Shown here piece after piece: positions 41,922 through 50,613 of a stretch of 64,000 nucleotides of DNA (the stretch's first letter is position 1; the number at the start of each line of letters is the position of its first letter). The translations under genes and the position numbers were made by a program. The notes below the pieces were generated by a model. It was not told where the DNA came from. It saw only the letters and a list, made by a program, of their open reading frames with translations, and did not search any database. Source of the DNA: an uncultured Aliarcobacter sp. (GTDB lineage: Bacteria > Campylobacterota > Campylobacteria > Campylobacterales > Arcobacteraceae); NCBI GenBank assembly GCA_963664305.2, contig CAXXLV010000001.1, positions 96,001-160,000 of the forward strand, written 5' to 3'.

Positions 41922-43391
41922 ATGAAAACAAGATATATAAAAACAAATATATTCTTTTTTATCATTTCTTATATACTATTGTTATCTTTTATGTTTTTTA
42001 CAAGTTATAAATTTTTTTTAACTAATTTTATAACTTTAGAAAAAATACAAAATGATAATAATATAAAAACATTTTTAACTACAATAGATAGTGAATTAAA
42101 AAATTTAAAAAATACAACAAATGATTATTCAAATTGGGATGATACCTATGAATTTATTCATGATGAAAATAAAGATTATCTATATGAAAACTTTAGAGAA
42201 GGTTCACAAACATTAGCCAATTTAGATATTGATGGAATAATCTATGTAAATGATAAAAATAGAGTTATTTATTCTATATATGAAAACAATGAAATAAAAG
42301 AGAATAAAGACAAGTTTGAAAAACTTGTTCTTAATGATTTTACAGATAAAAAAGATTTAAATACAGTTATAAATTTTAATTCTAAATTCATCTATTTTTC
42401 AAAAAGTCAAATTTTAAGAAGTGATTTAAAAGGTGATTATAGAGGATATATTGTCACTGTAAAATTTTTAAATAATGAGTTTATTGATAATAATCCAATA
42501 TTTCATACTTTTGAAATATCAAATAAAAAACTATCAAGTTATGACGATGATTTAAAACTTTCTACTTTTGAAAATATAAAAATAAAAACAGAAACAACTC
42601 TTGATGATATTATAAACACAATCTCTTTTTTTAATTATGATAAAAATTTTATTATTTCAATAATTACATCAAATAAAAGAGACTTAGTTAAAAGTGGTGA
42701 AGAAACTATCTTTATATTCAATTTTATCGTATCAATTGTTCTTTTTTTGATTTTCTTTTTTATATATAAAAATCAATGGCTTATTCAAAATCAAAATGAA
42801 ATGTTAAATAAAGAAGTAGAAAAAAGAACAAAACAATTAGACAAAGCATTTAGAAAATTAAAAAATAAAAATAGAGAACTTTATAATCTTGCACATATTG
42901 ATGCTCTAACAAAGATTAGAAATCGAAGAAGTTTTTTTATAGATAGTATTGAAGCTTTAGAAAACTCAATAAAAAAGAATAAAGAGTTTTGCGTTCTATT
43001 AATTGACCTTGACCATTTCAAATCAATTAATGATACATATGGTCATGCATCAGGAGACAGAGTTTTAATTGAATTTTGTAATATCATAAATGAAATTATT
43101 GATGAAAAAGCAATTTTTGGAAGAATTGGTGGAGAAGAGTTCTGTATAACATTTATAAATAAAAGTATTGACGAAATAACTAATATTGCTGAAACTATAA
43201 GAAATAACTGTGCTAATACAAAAATTATCCTAGAAGATAATAAGATTTTAACTTTTACCGTTTCAATGGGATTAAGTTGTAGAGATGGTTTAGATGATAT
43301 TGATAAAATATTACATAAATCGGATGAACTACTTTATGAAGCGAAAAAAACAGGAAGAAATCGTTTAATAAGGAACTACAATCCAATTTAG
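41922..43391 (+). CDS. CHASE4-GGDEF diguanylate cyclase
   Basis: TM, DYSNWDDTYEF (CHASE4), TM, DALT..NRR, DLDHFKSINDTYGH..GD, GGEEF. Confidence 0.93.
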   Translation: MKTRYIKTNIFFFIISYILLLSFMFFTSYKFFLTNFITLEKIQNDNNIKTFLTTIDSELKNLKNTTNDYSNWDDTYEFIHDENKDYLYENFREGSQTLANLDIDGIIYVNDKNRVIYSIYENNEIKENKDKFEKLVLNDFTDKKDLNTVINFNSKFIYFSKSQILRSDLKGDYRGYIVTVKFLNNEFIDNNPIFHTFEISNKKLSSYDDDLKLSTFENIKIKTETTLDDIINTISFFNYDKNFIISIITSNKRDLVKSGEETIFIFNFIVSIVLFLIFFFIYKNQWLIQNQNEMLNKEVEKRTKQLDKAFRKLKNKNRELYNLAHIDALTKIRNRRSFFIDSIEALENSIKKNKEFCVLLIDLDHFKSINDTYGHASGDRVLIEFCNIINEIIDEKAIFGRIGGEEFCITFINKSIDEITNIAETIRNNCANTKIILEDNKILTFTVSMGLSCRDGLDDIDKILHKSDELLYEAKKTGRNRLIRNYNPI

Positions 43392-43481
43392 AAATTATTA
43401 ATCTTATGTAATTACTTTAAAGTGATTATATAAGTTCTAACAGAAAAACAAATAAAAATGATTTTAAATATGATTAAAAAG

Positions 43482-43556
43482 TGGATGGGGTAGAAGGATT
43501 CGAACCTTCGAATGACGGTACCAAAAACCGTTGCCTTACCGCTTGGCGATACCCCA
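43482..43556 (-). tRNA. tRNA-Gln(TTG)
   Basis: TGGGGTATCGCCAAGCGGTAAGGCAACGGTTTTTGGTACCGTCATTCGAAGGTTCGAATCCTTCTACCCCATCCA folds as a cloverleaf; CCA encoded. Confidence 0.96.
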
Positions 43557-43575
43557 ATAAAAGGTGATTAAAGAA

Positions 43576-43652
43576 TGGAGCTGGTGAAGGGAGTCGAACC
43601 CCCGACCTGCTGATTACAAATCAGCTGCTCTAGCCAACTGAGCTACACCAGC
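43576..43652 (-). tRNA. tRNA-Thr(TGT)
   Basis: GCTGGTGTAGCTCAG...GCTGATTTGTAATCAGC...GGTTCGACTCCCTTCACCAGCTCCA. Confidence 0.96.
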
Positions 43653-43667
43653 ATTCTTTATTATAAA

Positions 43668-43744
43668 TGGTGTCAAGAGAGGGACTCGAACCCTCGACCT
43701 CCGGCTTATGAGACCAGCGCTCTAACCAGCTGAGCTACCTTGAC
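43668..43744 (-). tRNA. tRNA-Met(CAT), probably elongator
   Basis: GTCAAGGTAGCTCAG...CTGGTCTCATAAGCCGG...CTTGACACCA; paired position 1-72; Ile2 identity not formally excluded. Confidence 0.88.
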
Positions 43745-43751
43745 ACAAAAT

Positions 43752-43828
<77 letters not shown>

Positions 43829-43864
43829 ATATATAAAAGAACTATCTTAACTTTAAAAGTTAAG

Positions 43865-43941
43865 TGGAGCGGGAGACGAGACTCGAACTCGCGACAGTCT
43901 GCTTGGAAGGCAGAAGCTCTAGCCAACTGAGCTACTCCCGC
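43865..43941 (-). tRNA. tRNA-Gly(TCC)
   Basis: GCGGGAGTAGCTCAG...TCTGCCTTCCAAGCAGA...GTTCGAGTCTCGTCTCCCGCTCCA. Confidence 0.96.
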
Positions 43942-43978
43942 ATAAACTTTAAAAACTCTTTATTTTTAAAGGACTGAA

Positions 43979-43984
43979 ATTATA
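43979..43984 (-). promoter_or_regulatory. Putative -10 box of the tRNA operon
   Basis: TATAAT on the minus strand about 37 nt upstream of tRNA-Gly. Confidence 0.55.
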
Positions 43985-44028
43985 ATCGAATTATTATTAA
44001 AAAACACTTAATTAAAACTCTTATTACA

Positions 44029-44061
44029 AATAGATTATTAAAAAAATTTTAATAATCTATT
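44029..44061 (-). terminator. AT-rich hairpin downstream of the UDP-sugar dehydrogenase gene
   Basis: 15-bp perfect inverted repeat AATAGATTATTAAAA-aaa-TTTTAATAATCTATT, 12 nt after the stop codon. Confidence 0.65.
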
Positions 44062-44073
44062 ATATTTGATATG

Positions 44074-45318
44074 TTATAACCTTGCATCAGCCTTTGGTAA
44101 AATTGATTTTATATCAAATACTACTTTATTATCAGTTGATATCTCTAATCCTCTATATTTCTCATGTCCTACAGCTACTATTATTGCTTTATAATCATTT
44201 AAATCATAATTTTCTATTAAATCTAAATCATATTCATGTTTTACTTCATTTTTATCTGCCCAATAATCTGCAACTTCAACAACACATCCATATTCTTGCA
44301 TTTCATGAATTATATCCACAACTTTTGTGTTTCTTACATCTGGGCAGTTTTCTTTAAATGTCATTCCTAGAACTAATACTTTTGAATCTTTTATTTGAAG
44401 ACCTTTTTTTATCATTAGTTTTATTGTTCTTTCTGCTATATATTTAGCCATTCCATTATTTATTTGTCTTGCACCTAAAATAAGGTTTGGTTTATATCCT
44501 AACTCTTCTGCTTTATAAGTTAAGTAATATGGGTCAACACCAATACAATGACCACCAACTAATCCTGGAGTTAGTTTAATAAAATTCCATTTAGTTGCTG
44601 CTGCTTCAATTACTTCATTTGTACTAATATTCATTGTATTAAAAATAAGTGATAATTCATTTATAAGAGCAATATTTACATCTCTTTGAGTATTCTCAAT
44701 AACTTTTGAAGCTTCTGCTACTTTAATTGAGCTTGCTTTGTGAGTACCTGCTATTATTATTGATTTATAAAGTTCATCTACAACATCTGCAATTTCAGGT
44801 GTACTTCCTGATGTTACTTTTAATATTTTTGTTACTGTATGTTCTTTATCTCCTGGATTTATTCTTTCAGGAGAATAACCACAATAAAAATCAGAATTAA
44901 ATTTTAATCCAGAAGTTTTTTCTAATTCAGGAACACATACTTCTTCTGTAACACCAGGATAAACTGTTGATTCATAGATTACTATATCATCTTTTTTTAA
45001 AACAAGTCCAACAGTTTGAGAAGATTTAATTAAAGGAGTTAAATCTGGTTTATTATTTTTATCAATAGGAGTTGGAACAGTTACTATGAATACATTACAA
45101 TCTTTAATATCATTTATATCTAAAGAAAATTTCATACCATTTTTAATTGCTTCATTCACTTGTATTTCATTTAATTCTTCTGTTCTATCAAATCCATTAT
45201 TTAATTCTTCTATTCTTTTTGCATTTATATCAAAGCCTACCACTTGATATTTTGAAGAAAAGGCATGAGCTAATGGTAAACCTACATATCCTAATCCTAT
45301 TACACAGATTTTTTTCAT
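44074..45318 (-). CDS. UDP-N-acetylhexosamine 6-dehydrogenase (TviB/WbpO type)
   Basis: GLGYVGLPLA, ESTVYPG, YSPERINPGD, KVIENTQRD, GGHCIGVDPYYL, FKENCPDVRN. Confidence 0.93.
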   Translation of the reverse strand: MKKICVIGLGYVGLPLAHAFSSKYQVVGFDINAKRIEELNNGFDRTEELNEIQVNEAIKNGMKFSLDINDIKDCNVFIVTVPTPIDKNNKPDLTPLIKSSQTVGLVLKKDDIVIYESTVYPGVTEEVCVPELEKTSGLKFNSDFYCGYSPERINPGDKEHTVTKILKVTSGSTPEIADVVDELYKSIIIAGTHKASSIKVAEASKVIENTQRDVNIALINELSLIFNTMNISTNEVIEAAATKWNFIKLTPGLVGGHCIGVDPYYLTYKAEELGYKPNLILGARQINNGMAKYIAERTIKLMIKKGLQIKDSKVLVLGMTFKENCPDVRNTKVVDIIHEMQEYGCVVEVADYWADKNEVKHEYDLDLIENYDLNDYKAIIVAVGHEKYRGLEISTDNKVVFDIKSILPKADARL

Positions 45319-45490
45319 CTATTTTCTCTCTTATGTCTAATATAACTTTCTAAAATGATTTTATTTCATCTTAATATCAATTAATTCTTTAAATTATTCT
45401 CTTAATCAAATAAATTTTATACTATTTTTAAAATTATTTTAATCTAATCATATATAATTTATATGGAGTTTATGTTTTTGATTATATTTG

Positions 45491-45520
45491 AATTAATCTA
45501 ATAATCTTATTAGATTAATT
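45491..45520. terminator. 14-bp perfect inverted repeat downstream of the orphan pglF 3' fragment
   Basis: AATTAATCTAATAA-tc-TTATTAGATTAATT. Confidence 0.6.
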
Positions 45521-45558
45521 TTATGATAACTAATGAGTTTTCATAAAATATTTAGATA

Positions 45559-45714
45559 CTAGTTTAGCTGATGATTAAATTCAGGAACTATCTCTTTTAA
45601 TTTTGCTATTTTATCTTCACAAACTAATAACTCATCAATTTTTTGATTTAATTCATTTATATCAAAATAAGTTGGACTAGCAACTGTAATTGATTCATAT
45701 TTTGTTTTTTCGTC
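45559..45714 (-). pseudogene. Orphan 3' fragment (last 51 codons) of a second pglF/capD allele
   Basis: Encodes DEKTKYESITVASPTYFDINELNQKIDELLVCEDKIAKLKEIVPEFNHQLN*; by manual alignment 12 differences in 153 nt against 46096-46248. Confidence 0.92.
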
Positions 45715-46089
45715 CTCATGAAGGACTCAAGGTTACGTTCAATACCCATTTTTACGATGTCTTTAGATTTTTCAGTACCGTCATAGTACCGCAAAAACTG
45801 TACATTTCGTAAAATCGTGCTTCTTTTATCATGATGCCAATAATAGGACTCAAAGATAGCCTAAAAATCGTTATTTTAAAGACTTTTTTATTTTTTTGTA
45901 CCGCAAACCATACCGTAAAAAATAAAAAGAACAATAATTAAATATTTTTTATATATTTACTCAAATAATTATTAAAATATGAATTATACAATTAACAAGT
46001 TATCCAAATAGCTTTTTACTTATAAAATAAAATTAAAGCCCATAAAATGGACTTATCCAGTTATCTTAGTTATCCAAGCGAATATATAT
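45715..46089. repeat. Non-coding scar with two ~123-bp-period att-like units and short TTATC repeats (possible integrative element remnant)
   Basis: AGGACTCAA at 45722 and 45845; TACCG pairs at 45776/45787 and 45899/45911; A(G/C)TTATC at 45998, 46051, 46059 and 46068. Confidence 0.6.
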
Positions 46090-47859
46090 CTACAAATTCA
46101 GCTGATGGTTAAATTCTGGAACTATCTCTTTTAATTTTGCTATTTTATTTTCACAAACTAATAACTCTTCAATTTTTTGATTTAATTCATTTATATCAAA
46201 ATTAGTAGAACTTGCAACCGTAATTGATTCATATTTTGTTTTTTGGTCACTATCATTTATCAATAACTCTTCATATAGTTTTTCACCTGGTCTTAACCCA
46301 CAAAACTCTATATTTATTTCACTTCTTCCACTTAGTTCTATCATTTTCTTAGCTAAATCAACTATCTTTATAGGTTCACCCATATCAAGAATAAATATCT
46401 CTCCACCTTTTCCAATACTTGCTGCTTGAAGCACAAGTTCGCAGGCTTCTGGAATTAACATAAAATATCTAGTAATATCTGGATGTGTTACAGTTATTGG
46501 TCCACCTGCTTCTATTTGAGCTTTAAACTTTGGAATAACACTTCCACTACTTCCTAGAACATTTCCAAATCTAACAGCAACTATTTCTGTATTTTCTGAA
46601 TCTACATTCTGAGCATATAATTCACAAACTCTTTTTGTAGTCCCCATTACGTTTGTTGGACGAACAGCTTTATCTGTTGAGATTAAAACAAATTTTTCAA
46701 CTTTGTACCTTATAGATAAATCTATACAATTTTTAGTTCCAATTATATTATTTGAAATACCTTCTAAAATATTGTGTTCAACTAAAGGTACATGTTTATA
46801 AGCAGCTGCATGAATAACTATTTGTGGTTTATATTTTTCAAAGGTTCTTTCTAAAAACTCTGTTTTTCTAACTGTTTGCATAACTGGAATTACATTTTCA
46901 TCTTTTAATTCTTCCATTATAGAATAAAGATTAAACTCACTGTGATCTAAAAGTATTAATTGTTTTGCACCATAAGATTTACATTGTCTACTTATTTCAC
47001 TTCCAATACTTCCACCAGCACCAGTTATTAGAACTACTTTATCTTTAATAAAATTTTCTATTTGATTTTTATCTAAATCTTTTGGATGCCTTGCAAGTAA
47101 ATCTTCAACTCCTATATCTTTTAACTCTTTTTTATCATTTGAAGAAGAGAGTGTATTTATTATTTTTATATCTGAAATATTTAAAGCATTTAATTTTTCA
47201 TAAATATTTATTAACTCTTTTTGAGAATAATCTTTTGAAATAATTGCTGCTTCAATACTTTTTGTTTTTATAACTTTTTTTAAATCCTCAAAATCATAAA
47301 CTTTTAGATCAAAAATATATGTATTTTTTAATATTTTACTTTCATCAATTATAGCAACAGGTGTATAATGAAAATTTTTTTTATCACAAAGTAAATTCTT
47401 AACAGTAGAATTCGCTCCAATAATCAAAGTATTTTTATATTTTGTACTTCCAGCACTTTCTAAAATAATTCTTTTTGAAAGACGTAATAGTGTAATAAAA
47501 ACTAAAGAGAGCATAAAATCTATTATTATTATACTTCTAGCAAGTGGTTGCATATTTTCTTTAAAAATCAAAAATATTATAAAAAATATAGTATAAACAA
47601 TAATATGTGCCAATAGTATCTTTTTTACTTCATGTAAAGAAAAAAATCTCCAAGCAGTTCTATAAAGCCTAAAATAGACAAAAACTAAAATTTTCATTGA
47701 AAAAAGTATTATAAAAATTGAGAAAAAATTATCGATAAAATTTGATGGTATTTGAAAATTAAATCTTAGATTATATGCTAAATAGAGCGTAAAAAGTGAA
47801 ATAATAATATCACTTAACAAAAAAAATGCTATTCTTTTTAATGGAGATGGCTTTAGCAC
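46090..47859 (-). CDS. pglF: Membrane-bound UDP-GlcNAc 4,6-dehydratase (PglF/WbpM/CapD family)
   Basis: 4 N-terminal TM; TGAGGSIGSE, HAAAYKHVP, STDKAVRPTNVMGTTK, RFGNVLGSSGSV, GLRPGEKLYEEL; GTG start. Confidence 0.93.
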   Translation of the reverse strand: MLKPSPLKRIAFFLLSDIIISLFTLYLAYNLRFNFQIPSNFIDNFFSIFIILFSMKILVFVYFRLYRTAWRFFSLHEVKKILLAHIIVYTIFFIIFLIFKENMQPLARSIIIIDFMLSLVFITLLRLSKRIILESAGSTKYKNTLIIGANSTVKNLLCDKKNFHYTPVAIIDESKILKNTYIFDLKVYDFEDLKKVIKTKSIEAAIISKDYSQKELINIYEKLNALNISDIKIINTLSSSNDKKELKDIGVEDLLARHPKDLDKNQIENFIKDKVVLITGAGGSIGSEISRQCKSYGAKQLILLDHSEFNLYSIMEELKDENVIPVMQTVRKTEFLERTFEKYKPQIVIHAAAYKHVPLVEHNILEGISNNIIGTKNCIDLSIRYKVEKFVLISTDKAVRPTNVMGTTKRVCELYAQNVDSENTEIVAVRFGNVLGSSGSVIPKFKAQIEAGGPITVTHPDITRYFMLIPEACELVLQAASIGKGGEIFILDMGEPIKIVDLAKKMIELSGRSEINIEFCGLRPGEKLYEELLINDSDQKTKYESITVASSTNFDINELNQKIEELLVCENKIAKLKEIVPEFNHQLNL

Positions 47860-47873
47860 AAAACTGTCCTTAG

Positions 47874-48446
47874 TTAATAAAGTTTTGCATTATAATCAAA
47901 AGGTGATGAAATATCATTAAAATTTAATAATTTTTTATCAGCACTAGAGAGAATTACACAGTCTTTAGGTATTTTCCAATCAATATTCAAATATTTATCA
48001 TCATATTTTATTCCAATACTTTGGTCTGGTGCAAAATATCTATCTATTTTTATATTTACAATTGCATCATTACTCAAAACTGAAAAACCATGTAAAAATC
48101 CTCTTGGAATAAATAACTGTTTTTTGTTTTCACTACTTAATTCTATTGAAATATATTTTCCAAAAGTTGGACTCCCAACTCTAAAATCAACAGCAACATC
48201 TAAGATTTTACCTTGCAAAACACTAACAAGTTTTGATTGTACATAGTTTAAAGTGTTTGTATGTAGTCCTCGTATAACTCCATATTTACTATATGAAATA
48301 TTATCTTGACAAAAATCTATACTAAAACCTAAAAGATTTTCAAAAGACTCTTTTTTATAAGATTCATATACAAAACCTCTATCATCAGAATGAATTATTG
48401 GTTCACAAACTATAATTTCTGGAATTTGAGTTCTTTTATAGTTCAT
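47874..48446 (-). CDS. rfbC: dTDP-4-dehydrorhamnose 3,5-epimerase family protein (divergent)
   Basis: DDRGF, QDNIS.S..GVIRGLH, KLV, DVAVDFR.GSPTFG, LFIPRGFLHGF. Confidence 0.85.
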   Translation of the reverse strand: MNYKRTQIPEIIVCEPIIHSDDRGFVYESYKKESFENLLGFSIDFCQDNISYSKYGVIRGLHTNTLNYVQSKLVSVLQGKILDVAVDFRVGSPTFGKYISIELSSENKKQLFIPRGFLHGFSVLSNDAIVNIKIDRYFAPDQSIGIKYDDKYLNIDWKIPKDCVILSSADKKLLNFNDISSPFDYNAKLY

Positions 48447-49408
48447 TATTCAAATCTTTTTTTGCTATCTACAAACTTCATACTTAATATTAGTAAAATC
48501 ATGGATAAAATAAAAGCCACAAAAATATTTGATACAAAATAAACTATTAAAAATAGTATCAAATTTAACCCAATAGAATAATTTGTAACTTTATAATGAC
48601 TCCAACCTGCTTGTGTTAATCTTTGATAAGCATGTTTTTTATGAGCTTGTGATAATCTTTCACCATTTAATTTTCTTCTAATCAAAGTCAGAGTGGCATC
48701 AAACCAATAAACTCCAAATAATATAATCCATATCCAAAAGTTTGTTGATTCTTTATTTGCATAATATATTGTGAAAATTGCTATGTTATATCCAAGAAGA
48801 GTACTTCCAACATCTCCCATAAATATTTTAGCTTTATTCCAATTCCAATATAAAAATCCTAAAACAGCAACAGATAAAACTAAAAAGTAATTTCCACCAA
48901 ATAAAACAAATCCAGCAAAAGCTAAAAATACAGCTTCACTTCCTGCATAACCATTTATTCCATCTAAAAAGTTATAAAGATTTATAAACCAAATAATCAT
49001 AAAAAATGCAAAGATATTTGTAAATATTTGATTTGATATATCAAAAACACCAAAAGTAAAAGTTTCAAATCCACCTAAAAAGTATAATCCACTAATTGCT
49101 ACTAGAGATTGGATTATTAACCTTAACTTTGGACTTAATTCATATATATCATCAAAAAAACTTATTATAGAAATAATTGCACCACATAATAATGCATAAA
49201 AAAAATTTTGCTCAATTTGATTTGTAAAAAATAGATATATTAATCCAATAAACCAAGTAAATGATATAGCTATTCCTCCACCATGTGGTGTTGGTATTGT
49301 ATGAGAACTTCTTTCATTTACTGTGGCTACTAATGATTTTTTTATCATATAGTTTTTTATAAAATATGTAAGTGAAAATGAGACTAGAAGTAGCATGATG
49401 TAAATCAT
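48446..49408 (-). CDS. Undecaprenyl-phosphate sugar-1-phosphate transferase (WbpL-like, MraY/WecA family)
   Basis: NERSSH..PTPHGGG, FFDD, NLYNFLDGING, KIFMGDVGS, AHKKHAYQRL. Confidence 0.92.
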   Translation of the reverse strand: MIYIMLLLVSFSLTYFIKNYMIKKSLVATVNERSSHTIPTPHGGGIAISFTWFIGLIYLFFTNQIEQNFFYALLCGAIISIISFFDDIYELSPKLRLIIQSLVAISGLYFLGGFETFTFGVFDISNQIFTNIFAFFMIIWFINLYNFLDGINGYAGSEAVFLAFAGFVLFGGNYFLVLSVAVLGFLYWNWNKAKIFMGDVGSTLLGYNIAIFTIYYANKESTNFWIWIILFGVYWFDATLTLIRRKLNGERLSQAHKKHAYQRLTQAGWSHYKVTNYSIGLNLILFLIVYFVSNIFVAFILSMILLILSMKFVDSKKRFE

Positions 49409-50613
49409 AAATTATCCATAATATTTTTTAATTTTTCTTGTATTTTATCTTCCATAAAATTGTCTTCAACAAACTTTCTACCTTTATTTGAATACTTTTC
49501 ATAAAGTTTACTATCTTCTTTTAATTTCAAAATAGCCTTTTTTAATACTTCTTCATTATCACACTTTACAACAATGCCATTATCTGATAAAGAAACCAAG
49601 TCATTTTTTATATTCGTTGCATTTATGATAGGTTTATTAGAATACAAATATTCGACTAACTTCACCGATCCTATTCCATACTTATATATTTCTATGTTAG
49701 GATTACCTTTGTACAATACGTCACATTGTGACATTAAATACATAGTTTTATTTTTTTCTAATTTACCAAAAAAATTTATATTTTTTATATTATTTTTTTG
49801 TGTAAATTCTTTTAACTCATCTAATTGTGGTCCATCTCCAACCATCAAAAAAAAGATATCTGTATTTTCTTTTAGTAAATTAGCGGCTTTTATTAAATTT
49901 ATCACACTATTTGAGTGACCAATACTACCAATATATCCTACAATAAACTTATTTTTTGGTAAATCTATATCAAATTTTTCAAGCACAAATGGAACAAATG
50001 GCTGAGGAAGATACTCTATTTTTTTATTTTTATATCCACTTTTATCTACAAATTCTTTTAAGTTATCAAGAGGAGTTATTATCAAATCACTTTGTTTATA
50101 TGCTTGAAGTTGCAAATATCTAAATACTATACTCAAAGGATTATATTTACTAACACCATTTAGTATTTGTAAAGTAAGTGGCCAAATATCTCTTTCTTCA
50201 AAAATAAATTTGCTTTTAAAATAATTTTTTATTTTTATACCATTGTATATACTAAAAGGCTGAGGAGAAGAAACCCAAATAATATCAGGCTTAACATCAA
50301 AATCTTTATAGATATTATTCAAATTCTTTGAAAATTCAAATATATTTTTTATTCTATCTAATCCATTAGCTTGATATTCTTGTGTTTTTACCCAAATATA
50401 TTTTATATCATTATGAAATTCTTCTTTATAAATATCTCTTACTTCAACTTCTTTTAGTTTTAAATGATTAAAAGAAGAAGCAAAAATTGTAACTTCATAG
50501 CCTAAATTTTTTAACATTTTTGCTATTGTATGTTGTCGAGTATGAAATCCATATCCATATGGAAAAGCGTAGTGATTTATAATCCAAATTTTTTTTTTAT
50601 TTTCCATATTCAA
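49405..50613 (-). CDS. GT4 glycosyltransferase (WbpJ/WbuB-like)
   Basis: IWIINHYA, FEERDIWP, YIGSIG, VGDGP, KLVEYL. Confidence 0.88.
   Translation of the reverse strand: MNMENKKKIWIINHYAFPYGYGFHTRQHTIAKMLKNLGYEVTIFASSFNHLKLKEVEVRDIYKEEFHNDIKYIWVKTQEYQANGLDRIKNIFEFSKNLNNIYKDFDVKPDIIWVSSPQPFSIYNGIKIKNYFKSKFIFEERDIWPLTLQILNGVSKYNPLSIVFRYLQLQAYKQSDLIITPLDNLKEFVDKSGYKNKKIEYLPQPFVPFVLEKFDIDLPKNKFIVGYIGSIGHSNSVINLIKAANLLKENTDIFFLMVGDGPQLDELKEFTQKNNIKNINFFGKLEKNKTMYLMSQCDVLYKGNPNIEIYKYGIGSVKLVEYLYSNKPIINATNIKNDLVSLSDNGIVVKCDNEEVLKKAILKLKEDSKLYEKYSNKGRKFVEDNFMEDKIQEKLKNIMDNL

Noticed and set aside
45722..45920. Possible CRISPR or integron attC array
   Set aside because: Only two units with a 9-nt exact match, conserved internal motifs instead of unique spacers, no attC-type hairpins with gene cassettes, and no cas or intI gene in the window
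45752..45934. 60-aa minus-strand ORF inside the scar region
   Set aside because: No recognisable motif or convincing SD; it runs across the repeat units, which are better explained as non-coding sites
45998..46077. Possible oriC from DnaA-box-like TTATCC motifs
   Set aside because: None matches TTATCCACA fully, there is no dnaA/dnaN context, and the site lies in a variable locus
50589..50598. A10 run at the 5' end of the WbpJ-like glycosyltransferase as a phase-variation tract
   Set aside because: A/T runs of 8-10 nt are common throughout this AT-rich window, the gene is in frame, and I saw no poly-G tracts of the Campylobacter contingency type
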